Source: an uncultured virus (IMG/VR IMGVR_UViG_3300030330_005363)
Taxonomy: Duplodnaviria > Heunggongvirae > Uroviricota > Caudoviricetes > Crassvirales
Length of the DNA: 20,000 nucleotides
Strand: one strand, 5' to 3'
IMG/VR virus record: IMGVR_UViG_3300030330_005363
Location: 46,954-66,953 of that record
Shown piece by piece: positions 1 through 8,966 of this stretch. The translations under genes were made by a program, and so were the position numbers. The first letter of the stretch is position 1. Each line of letters starts with the position of its first letter. The notes beneath the pieces were generated by a model. The model was not told the origin of the DNA. It worked only from the letters and a program-made list of their open reading frames with translations, and did not search any database.

Positions 1-2
1 GT

Positions 3-581
3 TCATGGGCTTCAAGTTATCCTGAGTTTCAATATACAACTAAATTAAATTCTGTAGTATATAATTATGACGATGGAACTTTTCCAGGACCTATAGGATA
101 TAGAAATTCTATTAGACCAAACACTTTGTTTGGATGGCAAAGTGGAGGAACAGCTTTACCTATAGATCTTATATCATTTACAGGAGAAATAATAGGTGGT
201 GATGTTAATCCAATTGTTTTAATTAGATGGACAACTTTATCACAGGTTAATAATGATTACTTTGAGGTACAAAGAAGCATTGATGCTGAAACTTGGAAGA
301 CGATTAGAACTGTGACAGGAGCTGGGAATAGTAATAGCCAAATGTCATATAGTATTATTGATAATGATCCATTTTTCGGAGTTTCTTATTATCGTCTGAA
401 ACAAACTGATTATGACGGACAATACGAATCATTTCATCCTATATCAATCTCAATCAGTTCAGAAGAAAAAATAATAGATAAAATTGTAAACTTCGCAGGA
501 CAAGAAGTAAATAAGTATTACAAAGGAATGGTATTAGAAATATATCAAGATGGAACTTATGTAAAAAAATATTATGAATAA
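3..581 (+). CDS. 5'-truncated protein with Bacteroidota Ig-like 'LPVEL' domain and short T9SS-CTD-like tail
   Basis: Frame of ORF 126..581 is open back to position 3. Motif ALPIDLISF...W.T.S..NNDYFEVQRS.D...W....V.GAGNS....Y...D..P..G.SYYRLKQTDYDG is typical of Bacteroidota secreted proteins; C-terminal NFAGQEV...IYQDGT..K resembles a sorting tail. Confidence 0.75.
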   Translation, partial: SWASSYPEFQYTTKLNSVVYNYDDGTFPGPIGYRNSIRPNTLFGWQSGGTALPIDLISFTGEIIGGDVNPIVLIRWTTLSQVNNDYFEVQRSIDAETWKTIRTVTGAGNSNSQMSYSIIDNDPFFGVSYYRLKQTDYDGQYESFHPISISISSEEKIIDKIVNFAGQEVNKYYKGMVLEIYQDGTYVKKYYE

Positions 582-624
582 GGAACACTAAAAAATGGGC
601 ACCATACCCAAAGTTCCTGTAACC

Positions 625-658
625 AAAAAAGGGGATCTCAATACGAGTTCCCCTTTTT
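625..658. terminator. Bidirectional intrinsic terminator
   Basis: AAAAAA GGGGA(T)CTC AATAC GAGTTCCCC TTTTT hairpin with A-tract and T-tract flanks between convergent genes. Confidence 0.85.
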
Positions 659-676
659 AATTTGACTAAATTTATA

Positions 677-2539
677 TTATTTAATCTCACAAGCTCCACC
701 AGCACAAGCTAGTTCACCTGATAAGTCTGTGTTATCTTCTGTTTCTGTTATGTTTGATAAGTCAACTTGCTTTAATGATTGCATTAACTCTTGATATTTA
801 TTTGGATCTATATCCTCAAATGGAGCTTGAGTATACGTTCCACCATCATAAGGTAATACAGATAAACCGTTATAGTATTCTCTGTTGTCCCACATCCATT
901 CTCCAGCATCAACCCATTCTTCAGGTTGTAAACTTATAGTAGCTGAAACATTGTGAGTATTAGATCCTTTCCTATGACCTGGTTTAACCCATTCAGTTGC
1001 TATTTTTTTAACTCTATTTAAAAGATCAAATGGAGATTCAGTTCTAAGTATTGAACCTTCAGGAGCTTTTTGAGGTATGGATATTACAGCAGTATCGTGA
1101 GGTCGGAAATATTCATCTTCAATTAATTCAGGATGATGTTTAGCTAAATATTTATACATTGATTCGTTTTTACCAACCCTGATCCTACGGATGTAATAAT
1201 CATTGTGCCATGCGTGAATACCCGATGATGTTCCTAATGCCAGAGATGTCGTCCCAGCAGGCTTCACAGTTGTACATCGTGCGGCTTTATTAATTCCAAT
1301 TAGCTTCGCGACTCTTGTGTTTTCTCTTTTTACAAGTTGAGCGGCTTTCTCCATGTCGTATCCTAACACCGTGCCACTCCCAATCCCCGTCATGCTCACT
1401 CCAATCAAAGCGTCTTTTTCGGTTGTTTCTTGCCATATTTCTCTTAAATAATGAAAGTCAGTGTAACCAGCTTGTAACGTTCCAATAAACGCCGCAGCTT
1501 TTACTCTTTCGTTTAGATCTTCTTGTGATTTAAGATCTGAAACATTAACTTCACATAAGTTACAAAATTGATAAGGTCTTAATGCTATTTCGCAACAGGG
1601 ATTTGTACCCCAATCCTTATCATTGTTAAAATAAATTCCGGGTTCTCCGGCTCCACTTTTTTCAACACGTTCCCATAAATTCATAAAGTAATCTTTAGTA
1701 ATTTTATGTCGCATTAAAACAGCAGAGTTATTTGATCTACCTCTTTGTGGGTTTGTTTCCCACCAATTTCCAGATTTACAAGCAATCATTTCATGATCAT
1801 CTGCAGAAAATAAAGATATTAAAGCAGCCCGTCTAATACCACCTGCTAATACAGCGTCAGCTATATGACATACAATATCATGAACTTCTACTGTTGTTAA
1901 TTGGTCTCCATCTTCTTTAGCTTGTAATATACCTTTAAGTTTAACTAAACACTCTTTTAAAGGTTGTGGGCCAGGAGCTTTACCTCCTGACGTCACTAAC
2001 TGAGCACCTTTAGGTCTTATATCCGAATAATCGAAACTAATTCTAGACGATCTTCGATCACCCATATAAGACTTCATTAACACTTTAATTGCATCAGCCC
2101 ACCCTTCAATTGAATCACCAATTAAAAATCTTCTCCTACGTTTTTCATAAGGTTTGTTTATAGGAGGTAATTTACTAACATGGTGTTTTTGAACAGAATA
2201 ACCTACTCCAGTTCCTCCAAGAAGTAAAAACATTACTTCGTGGAATGAATCTACATGGTCAATAGGGAGATAAGCGCAGTTGTATACTCTGTTAGGAGAT
2301 ATCTCAATCGGTTTGCCACCGAATTGAAGACTACGCATACTTGGTAAAACCTTCTTTTCATATACTAACTTATAAACTTTTTCTATATCGTCTTTTAAGT
2401 CTGGATACTTTTTAATATGCATTTGTTTATTCCTTGTTACTAATTCATTCCAAGTTTCCCTGCGATTTAGTTCTGGAATATACTTCGCATATTTCATATA
2501 CACTGTAATATTAGATAAGATTTCACTTGCTAGTTCCAT
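677..2539 (-). CDS. nrdJ: Class II (adenosylcobalamin-dependent) monomeric ribonucleotide reductase
   Basis: 620 aa with PSMR, NCAY, GxGVG, GGIRRAA, NPCCEI (NxCxE), VKPAGT and C-terminal CAGGACE; no beta subunit adjacent. Confidence 0.9.
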   Translation of the reverse strand: MELASEILSNITVYMKYAKYIPELNRRETWNELVTRNKQMHIKKYPDLKDDIEKVYKLVYEKKVLPSMRSLQFGGKPIEISPNRVYNCAYLPIDHVDSFHEVMFLLLGGTGVGYSVQKHHVSKLPPINKPYEKRRRRFLIGDSIEGWADAIKVLMKSYMGDRRSSRISFDYSDIRPKGAQLVTSGGKAPGPQPLKECLVKLKGILQAKEDGDQLTTVEVHDIVCHIADAVLAGGIRRAALISLFSADDHEMIACKSGNWWETNPQRGRSNNSAVLMRHKITKDYFMNLWERVEKSGAGEPGIYFNNDKDWGTNPCCEIALRPYQFCNLCEVNVSDLKSQEDLNERVKAAAFIGTLQAGYTDFHYLREIWQETTEKDALIGVSMTGIGSGTVLGYDMEKAAQLVKRENTRVAKLIGINKAARCTTVKPAGTTSLALGTSSGIHAWHNDYYIRRIRVGKNESMYKYLAKHHPELIEDEYFRPHDTAVISIPQKAPEGSILRTESPFDLLNRVKKIATEWVKPGHRKGSNTHNVSATISLQPEEWVDAGEWMWDNREYYNGLSVLPYDGGTYTQAPFEDIDPNKYQELMQSLKQVDLSNITETEDNTDLSGELACAGGACEIK

Positions 2540-2750
2540 TCTCTTTTGCTTTCATTTTCTCTTCTACATTTTCCTCCATCTTCTTTTTTAATTCATCGAT
2601 GGCGTCTTGATAACCCGGCATAAGCTTTAAGGTTTCAAGTGTTCCTACACCTAATTCTCTTAGGTGTGATATTTCATTTATTAAATGCTGAATAACTCTA
2701 GTAGATGCTTCTACTTTATTCTTCATTTCTATTAAAGTTTGTTCTTTCAT
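2523..2750 (-). CDS. Hypothetical coiled-coil protein
   Basis: 75 aa ORF overlapping the nrdJ start. Confidence 0.7.
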   Translation of the reverse strand: MKEQTLIEMKNKVEASTRVIQHLINEISHLRELGVGTLETLKLMPGYQDAIDELKKKMEENVEEKMKAKENGTSK

Positions 2751-2895
2751 CGTAAATATCTATACATAAATCAATTAAGGGTAAATAAAACACATGGGAA
2801 GTTCTGTATTCGCCTTCTTCATTAAGGCCGTGATAAGTTCTCATTCCGATTAATATGCCCGGATAAAAACCTACACTCAAGTCCCAATCTTTCAT
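2716..2895 (-). CDS. Hypothetical protein (59 aa, MKDWDLSVGFYPGILIG...)
   Basis: Manually translated; ATG overlaps the upstream stop (ATGA); fills the gap in the operon. Confidence 0.65.
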   Translation of the reverse strand: MKDWDLSVGFYPGILIGMRTYHGLNEEGEYRTSHVFYLPLIDLCIDIYDERTNFNRNEE

Positions 2896-2999
2896 TTATA
2901 TTGTTTTTCAAATTCAATTAATTCTTTATATTTCAAATATCCTTTTTGTTCAATACTCCATTTAACAAATTTATCAACTTGTCTATTCTTGTATTGCAT
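2892..2999 (-). CDS. Small hypothetical protein (MQYKNRQVDKFVKWS...; may start at GTG 3050)
   Basis: Manual translation; TGA coupled to the next ATG. Confidence 0.55.
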   Translation of the reverse strand: MQYKNRQVDKFVKWSIEQKGYLKYKELIEFEKQYK

Positions 3000-3004
3000 A
3001 CGAG

Positions 3005-3454
3005 CTATTGCTGCACTTTGCTTAGGATGAGGTTTATAGTTTCGTCGCACTCTTTTTGATTTTGTGGTTTGTAAATTGTTATTTTAGATCCCCAGGTTTC
3101 AGCTGCGAATTTCTTAAATAATTTCCAACGGATTGGAAACGACTCGTTAGGTCTTCCCTTACATTCAATAATGAATCCGTCTCCGATGAAGTCTGGTGTA
3201 TAAGAGATTTTACGTATAGTCTTATGTCCTCTATTTTTATAATCCCCTTTTCCATTAGCACATCTCTCATAAACATCTATATTAAATTCAAATTCACGCA
3301 CAAGATCATATGTGTAACCTTCGTATTTAGCTTTTATATTAGCAGCTTTTAAAGCTTTGTACATATAAGCTTCTAAACCTGAAGAGAAAGAAATACCATC
3401 AACGATGGTTTTCTTTGCTCTTACTGGTCCTTTTTTCTTTTTACGACGCAACAT
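3005..3454 (-). CDS. PD-(D/E)XK endonuclease, T7 endonuclease I / Holliday junction resolvase-like
   Basis: FSSGLE...YE...YTPDF...IIECKG motif pattern. Confidence 0.75.
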   Translation of the reverse strand: MLRRKKKKGPVRAKKTIVDGISFSSGLEAYMYKALKAANIKAKYEGYTYDLVREFEFNIDVYERCANGKGDYKNRGHKTIRKISYTPDFIGDGFIIECKGRPNESFPIRWKLFKKFAAETWGSKITIYKPQNQKECDETINLILSKVQQ

Positions 3455-3728
3455 CTGTTACATAATAAGGAATACCATTTAATGTATTCTCATATTTTTT
3501 ATCTTCATTTTCAGCTAACTCTTCACGTGCAGCTTGAATATAAAGTATGGCATCCATTAATTCTTCTTGTACATCGTTTAAATATGCAGCAAGATCTTTA
3601 ACACCAGTCTTACGTTCGTTATCTAATGTTTGTCCATATTTTTCGTAACCAACATCTGATCTTGACACGAATTTATCTACTACTCTTTCCACTACTGGAT
3701 CTCTAAATTTAATTTTCTTTTCTGTCAT
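3441..3728 (-). CDS. Small all-alpha NTP pyrophosphohydrolase-like protein (MazG superfamily-like)
   Basis: R...G..KYG.TL...EELMDAILY pattern with acidic helix; sits among nucleotide-metabolism genes. Confidence 0.5.
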   Translation of the reverse strand: MTEKKIKFRDPVVERVVDKFVSRSDVGYEKYGQTLDNERKTGVKDLAAYLNDVQEELMDAILYIQAAREELAENEDKKYENTLNGIPYYVTDVAS

Positions 3729-3810
3729 CTTTTATCCATAAATATAATAGGAACCATCCTATAAATTGTACAATGCAAATTGCTAAAGCAGTCTGCCCGA
3801 AACTATCCAT
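3709..3810 (-). CDS. Small membrane protein (33 aa, MDSFGQTALAICIVQFIGWFLLYLWIK...)
   Basis: Manual translation; one hydrophobic stretch; overlaps both neighbours. Confidence 0.5.
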   Translation of the reverse strand: MDSFGQTALAICIVQFIGWFLLYLWIKDDRKEN

Positions 3811-4690
3811 TTTTTACAAATGTTCCGTTAACCATTTTACCTTTACGGTTTTTAATCTCATCATAAGCAGCGTCAATACAAGTTTCAATTGATGTTCCAC
3901 CTAACATAGCCATATTCGTTAATACAACTACCATATCACCTATAGCATCTACAAACTCAGCTTGGTTGTCTTTAAGTACAGCTCTACCTAATTCGCCTGC
4001 TTCTTCCATCAGTTTACAGAACTGAGTTTTAGTATCACCTTTGTCATATAATCCTCGTGATTCTGCCCAATCTCTAATCTTTTGAAATCTATCTTCTTCT
4101 TTAACTTCTAGATCTTGGTATGTTTCACGTGGGTTAATAGCTTCTGAATGTGATATTAACTCTGCTTTCATTGCCTCTATATGTTCTAACGCTTTATCAG
4201 CAGCTTCCTTAGCATTGACCTTGGCTTGTTTAAGGTTTTTGTTAACGAACTTTTCAAAGAAAGCTTTGTTATAAATATAGCTACGCTTAGCATCATACAT
4301 TGATGTTTGAGCATTATTAACGATCCAGTCGACCGTCTCTCTGTCTAACTTGAACTTACCATAAACAGTTTCCCATGTTTTACCCATGCTATCCATTAAA
4401 TTGCCTTTGAGTTTGTTTAAAGGATAAGGAAACGTTGATGTCATTTCTGTCGCATTTATTTTCATCTTTTTACCTAAGTTTTTGTATTCTACTCTGTCAA
4501 TCTTATAGCCATAAGACTGTTGAAGTTCTATCTCACGCTTTGATATATAATCTATATCTGTACTATGATCAAGAACTTCATATTCGTCTGGAAAATATCC
4601 CTGTTGTTTTGTTACCCTATTATTAAGATCACGTGTCACACCAATCTTTTTACCCGGGATGTGGTATAAATAATATATTATTTCACGCAT
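3803..4690 (-). CDS. mazG: MazG-like NTP pyrophosphohydrolase (C-terminal) fused to N-terminal GIY-YIG-like region
   Basis: C-terminal W...RGL...Q..KLMEEAGEL...DAIGD..VVL...C...AY.EIKNRKG is a phage MazG signature; N-terminal YYLYHI..KKIGVTRDLNNRV resembles GIY-YIG. Confidence 0.75.
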   Translation of the reverse strand: MREIIYYLYHIPGKKIGVTRDLNNRVTKQQGYFPDEYEVLDHSTDIDYISKREIELQQSYGYKIDRVEYKNLGKKMKINATEMTSTFPYPLNKLKGNLMDSMGKTWETVYGKFKLDRETVDWIVNNAQTSMYDAKRSYIYNKAFFEKFVNKNLKQAKVNAKEAADKALEHIEAMKAELISHSEAINPRETYQDLEVKEEDRFQKIRDWAESRGLYDKGDTKTQFCKLMEEAGELGRAVLKDNQAEFVDAIGDMVVVLTNMAMLGGTSIETCIDAAYDEIKNRKGKMVNGTFVKNG

Positions 4691-5363
4691 AATAATCTGC
4701 CTTTCTTTGTATTAAGTTGTTCTTATCAAAATCTCTCTCATACAAATGTAAATTGTGTGCAAAATGGAAATACGAACCGAGCTCATATCCTGTCCTCTTA
4801 GACACAGCTTTCATCAGTTCTGAAAAACAATACTGATCGTTACAGAAACCGAACCAGAGATCATTAGATCGCATCGTCACGCACATATTCAGTTTATTAT
4901 TTACAATTGTAAATTGAACTGCGTATGTACATGGAGTATCATATCTATATTTGTTTATCTCTTTGCCATCGTAAATTGATATTGCAGCTTTTCTAGTGTT
5001 AGGGTTGTCTTTGAGTTGTTGTACAACTTTGTCTAGTTGATAACCTCTTTCCCATTGATAACCGTAATTAGAATGCACATTGTTATCTCCGTCTGCCATA
5101 CGTTTCCATATAGCAGGTATCTTACCATATAATATGCCTAATGTTTCTATGTTTCTATCACCTGTCATATACCATTCCCATTCAGCTTCCGCATAATCTA
5201 AATTCCAATTTCTATATGAAGTATGAATATGATTATCAGCTGGATCATTAATATAAAATCCTATATTAAATAAAGCTTTAGTTCCATCAAAATCAACACC
5301 ATTGTTTTCAATAGCATTGTAATAAAACTCAAAAGCTTTTTGTGCGTTTTTAAAGTCTATCAT
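4683..5363 (-). CDS. Thymidylate-synthase-fold enzyme, dCMP hydroxymethylase/methylase-like
   Basis: SNYG, TRKA, catalytic PC, MRSNDLWFGFCND and HNLHLYE motifs; Asp in place of the ThyA specificity Asn. Confidence 0.75.
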   Translation of the reverse strand: MIDFKNAQKAFEFYYNAIENNGVDFDGTKALFNIGFYINDPADNHIHTSYRNWNLDYAEAEWEWYMTGDRNIETLGILYGKIPAIWKRMADGDNNVHSNYGYQWERGYQLDKVVQQLKDNPNTRKAAISIYDGKEINKYRYDTPCTYAVQFTIVNNKLNMCVTMRSNDLWFGFCNDQYCFSELMKAVSKRTGYELGSYFHFAHNLHLYERDFDKNNLIQRKADYYA

Positions 5364-5624
5364 TTAATTATATTTATCGTAGTAAAACCTATATAGTTCA
5401 AAGATCTTATCATATAGATCATTTGGACCATATTCTTTTGGACTGGTTATTTTCTTTCCGTTAGCTGTAACTTCAATTACCCATGTTTTACATTGAAAAC
5501 CAGCTACAGTAGCTAAAGCTGATATAGTAACACCATGGTTAATACACCAACTATAAGCTTCTAAATTTCTAGGATTACCCCAATCTGGAGGTTTACATTC
5601 TGTTCCTTTATGTGCTATTCCCAT
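5364..5624 (-). CDS. Hypothetical protein
   Basis: 86 aa ORF tightly packed in the operon. Confidence 0.7.
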   Translation of the reverse strand: MGIAHKGTECKPPDWGNPRNLEAYSWCINHGVTISALATVAGFQCKTWVIEVTANGKKITSPKEYGPNDLYDKIFELYRFYYDKYN

Positions 5625-7333
5625 GGCATTTTTTCATCTAACTCAGGTTGAACTTCAGGTATAAAACTACCTGATCTATGTTCCCATGTAAAGAAAGCTT
5701 CTCCTTGGTTCTCACCTAGGTTTTGAAACTTAACCTTTAACACTTTTACCTTTGTTGTTTTCTTTTCATAATCTCTGTGTACCAATAAACCGTGATAACT
5801 AGCATCGTACCATTCACCACCGCCTTTAATATTGTACATAGTTGGTTCTTCAATTTTACCATCTTTATCCTTATACATTTTAGTTGGGTGTGCTACAATA
5901 AATACTAACACGTCATATTTCTTAGCAAATGTTTCAATCTTAGTTAGATATTCCATTGTATATCTATTAACATCTTCTGTTTGACAGTCTACGTCTCTAA
6001 CTTTATTAAATGGATCTATAACTAAACATTTAATACCTTTACGTTTAACTAGCTCAGCACCTTTACGTAGTACGGATTCTAATGTATATCTCTCCATATC
6101 AATGAAAAAGAAATTATCATTAACATGATCTGCCACGTTGTTCCATTTAGTTTTACCTATATCGTGTTTACTAGGCATATCACCCCATACTTTACGCATT
6201 AGCTTATGAGCATGCAGATATGTAGGAGCATTTTCAGGAGATGCAAAAGCAGTTTTCCAACCATAGTTCTGGTTATAGCCTACAACCATTTGATCCACCC
6301 AATCAGACTTACCTGACGATGGAATACCGGTTACAGTTATAAACTGACCTGTATATGTACTAAATATTTCATCAAAGTTTTCTAATCCCACTTGAAAACC
6401 TGGTTTAAAACCATTTTCAACAAAATCAGTTACTTCATCTTCAATATCTCTAAACGTTGTTACATTTTCTAGAGGTACAGGTCTTGCTTTAGATATTCTA
6501 GCCTTTAATGCTTCTTTACCTTCTTTTAATAGGTATTCATTTGCATCTTTGCAATCTTCAAAATCTACTAAGAAACAAACCTCAGCACCTAGTCTTCTTA
6601 TTAATTCAGCTTGTAAAGCTTGACCAGGAGCATCAGAATCAACCGCTAGTATTATTTTATCTTTATCTTCGAAATAATCTATACAGTTATCTAAGTAGTC
6701 TAAATTATTAGTATTTAAGGTTGCGCCATTAGGAACTGAGATAGCGTTAGATATGCCAGCCTCGTGTAAAGCTAGAACATCCATTTCACCTTCGGTTATT
6801 ACACACCAATCGTGACCAACAATATTATCTATATTATAAAATACTTTTTCAGCTCCTTTATATAACTTAAAGTTTTTACGAGCATCTCTGTATTTTACAT
6901 TAGTTATTTTTCCACCTACATAATAATTAAACTGAATAACATTCTCAATATTACCGGTTTGAGGCATATATTCTTTACCTATACTAACCATTAGTTTAGC
7001 TAAGGTTTCGCTAGATATACCTCTTGTTTTAAACCATTCTAGTGTTTTATCACGTACAGGTTTAATAGCACCTTCGGTAAAATCGGGTACAACATAAACT
7101 TTTTCAGCTTTACCTTTACGTTTATAAGTGTGTAGTTGAAATGTTGAATCGCAATTATGACAAGTACCCAGTCCACGTTCCCAATCATAGCTAGCACATT
7201 TAGCTTTTCTATTTTCAGGTTTCCTAGAAGATGAACACAGGGGACAAGTCCCCTGCGATTTACCTACTTCTAAGTCGTGCTGATTAAAGTTGTCAATTGT
7301 AAAACCATTGATTTCTTTATCTTCGACTTGCAT
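5615..7333 (-). CDS. Primase-helicase (T7 gp4/Twinkle-like)
   Basis: Zn ribbon CPLC...CHNC, TOPRIM EGEMD/DSD/KDANE, SF4 helicase Walker A GIPSSGKS, LVIDP, VAHP. Confidence 0.92.
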   Translation of the reverse strand: MQVEDKEINGFTIDNFNQHDLEVGKSQGTCPLCSSSRKPENRKAKCASYDWERGLGTCHNCDSTFQLHTYKRKGKAEKVYVVPDFTEGAIKPVRDKTLEWFKTRGISSETLAKLMVSIGKEYMPQTGNIENVIQFNYYVGGKITNVKYRDARKNFKLYKGAEKVFYNIDNIVGHDWCVITEGEMDVLALHEAGISNAISVPNGATLNTNNLDYLDNCIDYFEDKDKIILAVDSDAPGQALQAELIRRLGAEVCFLVDFEDCKDANEYLLKEGKEALKARISKARPVPLENVTTFRDIEDEVTDFVENGFKPGFQVGLENFDEIFSTYTGQFITVTGIPSSGKSDWVDQMVVGYNQNYGWKTAFASPENAPTYLHAHKLMRKVWGDMPSKHDIGKTKWNNVADHVNDNFFFIDMERYTLESVLRKGAELVKRKGIKCLVIDPFNKVRDVDCQTEDVNRYTMEYLTKIETFAKKYDVLVFIVAHPTKMYKDKDGKIEEPTMYNIKGGGEWYDASYHGLLVHRDYEKKTTKVKVLKVKFQNLGENQGEAFFTWEHRSGSFIPEVQPELDEKMPWE

Positions 7334-7344
7334 ATTTGATTAAA

Positions 7345-7650
7345 TTAAAATGGTAGATCCTCTTCTGCTTCTACCTTAGCAGCTGGTTGTTTAGGTTGGT
7401 CTCCAAAATTTGGCTCAGGAAAATCTCCATTAGTCCAAACTACTTTAACATTTCCTAAGTAAGTCTTTTCAGCTTTAGCTTCTCTTTCCTCCTTAGATTG
7501 ATCAACACAAACTGGTCCTTGATTACCGAACTGATCTGGTTCATCATTAATAGTTATAGAAATTGGAAGATACCTACCCTTTTTTCCTTTATATATTTTG
7601 TCTTTTGGTATCGCGTCTAAATTAATATTCGCTTTTACTATTCCTGCCAT
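7345..7650 (-). CDS. ssb: Single-stranded DNA-binding protein
   Basis: 101 aa with acidic C-terminal tail EEDLPF; lies between exonuclease and primase-helicase. Confidence 0.7.
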   Translation of the reverse strand: MAGIVKANINLDAIPKDKIYKGKKGRYLPISITINDEPDQFGNQGPVCVDQSKEEREAKAEKTYLGNVKVVWTNGDFPEPNFGDQPKQPAAKVEAEEDLPF

Positions 7651-7652
7651 AT

Positions 7653-8393
7653 TTATAAGGTTTCATTAATAAAATACTGTTGAGGTTCAAAATCCTCAGA
7701 CTCGTGAAACAATTCATACATTTCACAAGCTTTTTCTACTTTGTCACTACCTGACTGATAAAAGTCTGGTGAACAATCGAACAAGCCAATCTTGCCCGTA
7801 TTTTTATCTATAGCTATAAAAACCATTTCATAACCAAATAATTTTCTATAGATGTATGCTTGAGAATCATAATTGTATTTCTTAGCATTCCATCTGAATT
7901 TATCTAAATCACTTGTAGTTTTTAAATCTATGATAAGTTGTTCCTCATGATTAAGAATATCAGCTTTACCTTTCCACATTTGACCATGAATCTCTGCAAT
8001 TGCAGGTTCTTCATATTGGACTTCTACATCTTGGTGTGGTAAAATTAAATCTCTACAAACATTATTGTTCATGATCTTATCTACTAAAGCTTCAATCATA
8101 TCAACTTCATGTTGTAACAAACATAATTCACCGCCTGACATTTCTTTATACACTTTTGTATTTCTACTACTTGATTCTATTATCTTGAATTTCTTTATTT
8201 TATCAGGTTCTAGAATCGCTGTGTGGAAATAACCACCTACTAAGAAGTTTGGATTGCTTTTGGTAGGTTTGTGTAAATCAAGAGGATTTTTAAGTAACGT
8301 TTTGATATCAGAATTGCTTAGATACTGTTGTCCAAACTCACCATAATAATGTTCGTCTATACGTAACTTATCTATGATCTCTGATTTTTTCAT
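7653..8393 (-). CDS. PD-(D/E)XK exonuclease (RecE/DUF3799-like)
   Basis: LSNS...G..FH..ILEP...KGKAD...IIDLKTT...Y.YDSQA..Y; adjacent to ERF. Confidence 0.8.
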   Translation of the reverse strand: MKKSEIIDKLRIDEHYYGEFGQQYLSNSDIKTLLKNPLDLHKPTKSNPNFLVGGYFHTAILEPDKIKKFKIIESSSRNTKVYKEMSGGELCLLQHEVDMIEALVDKIMNNNVCRDLILPHQDVEVQYEEPAIAEIHGQMWKGKADILNHEEQLIIDLKTTSDLDKFRWNAKKYNYDSQAYIYRKLFGYEMVFIAIDKNTGKIGLFDCSPDFYQSGSDKVEKACEMYELFHESEDFEPQQYFINETL

Positions 8394-8923
8394 AACGTTT
8401 CTTGTAATAATTTTTCTTGCTTGGCTGATACAATATACTTATTTTTTATTGTATCAATACTACCACCTTTAGCCACATATTCTTTAGCTTTTGCTAATGA
8501 TTCATCTGTTAGCTTTTTCTTAGTAGTACCATTTTTACCATGAGTGTTTGTCGCATCACTATCTTGCGTGTCATCTATAAGGAATAAATTCCCTAAAGCA
8601 TATTTCTTTCCATAAGAAGATGCAGCACCGTATCTTTGTGGCATTTGCATTCCTTTTTGCTCAAGGTCAACACCAACTACAGCTTTAGAAGTAATTGAAG
8701 CTTCACCATCCATAATTGTAGCAGTAACCTGCATAACTGGTGGATCAAATGATACTAATTCTTCATCTACAGTAACTGTAACCTCTAACTCCTTTAAAAA
8801 GGGTTTTGTAGCTTCTAGAATGTCTTCGGCAGATCGGAAATAATACTTACCGAATGAATTAAATCTACTTTTTTTCGACTTAAATTCAGTTTGGATTTTG
8901 GTCAGTTTTTCGTTGATCGTCAT
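8390..8923 (-). CDS. erf: ERF-family single-strand annealing protein
   Basis: N.FGKY.FRSAEDILEA.KP...GAASSYGKKYAL..LF.IDD..DSD signature. Confidence 0.85.
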   Translation of the reverse strand: MTINEKLTKIQTEFKSKKSRFNSFGKYYFRSAEDILEATKPFLKELEVTVTVDEELVSFDPPVMQVTATIMDGEASITSKAVVGVDLEQKGMQMPQRYGAASSYGKKYALGNLFLIDDTQDSDATNTHGKNGTTKKKLTDESLAKAKEYVAKGGSIDTIKNKYIVSAKQEKLLQETL

Positions 8924-8966
8924 ATCTATATAATTACATATTTAATTTAACATTTACAATTCTAAC

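Noticed and set aside
454..705. 83-aa minus-strand ORF
   Set aside because: Runs through the terminator and antisense to the plus-strand gene; low-complexity translation.
3079..3276. 65-aa alternate-frame ORF
   Set aside because: Nested inside the endonuclease gene; no independent support.
4683..5363. Canonical thyA annotation
   Set aside because: Lacks the PFN motif and has Asp at the substrate-specificity position.
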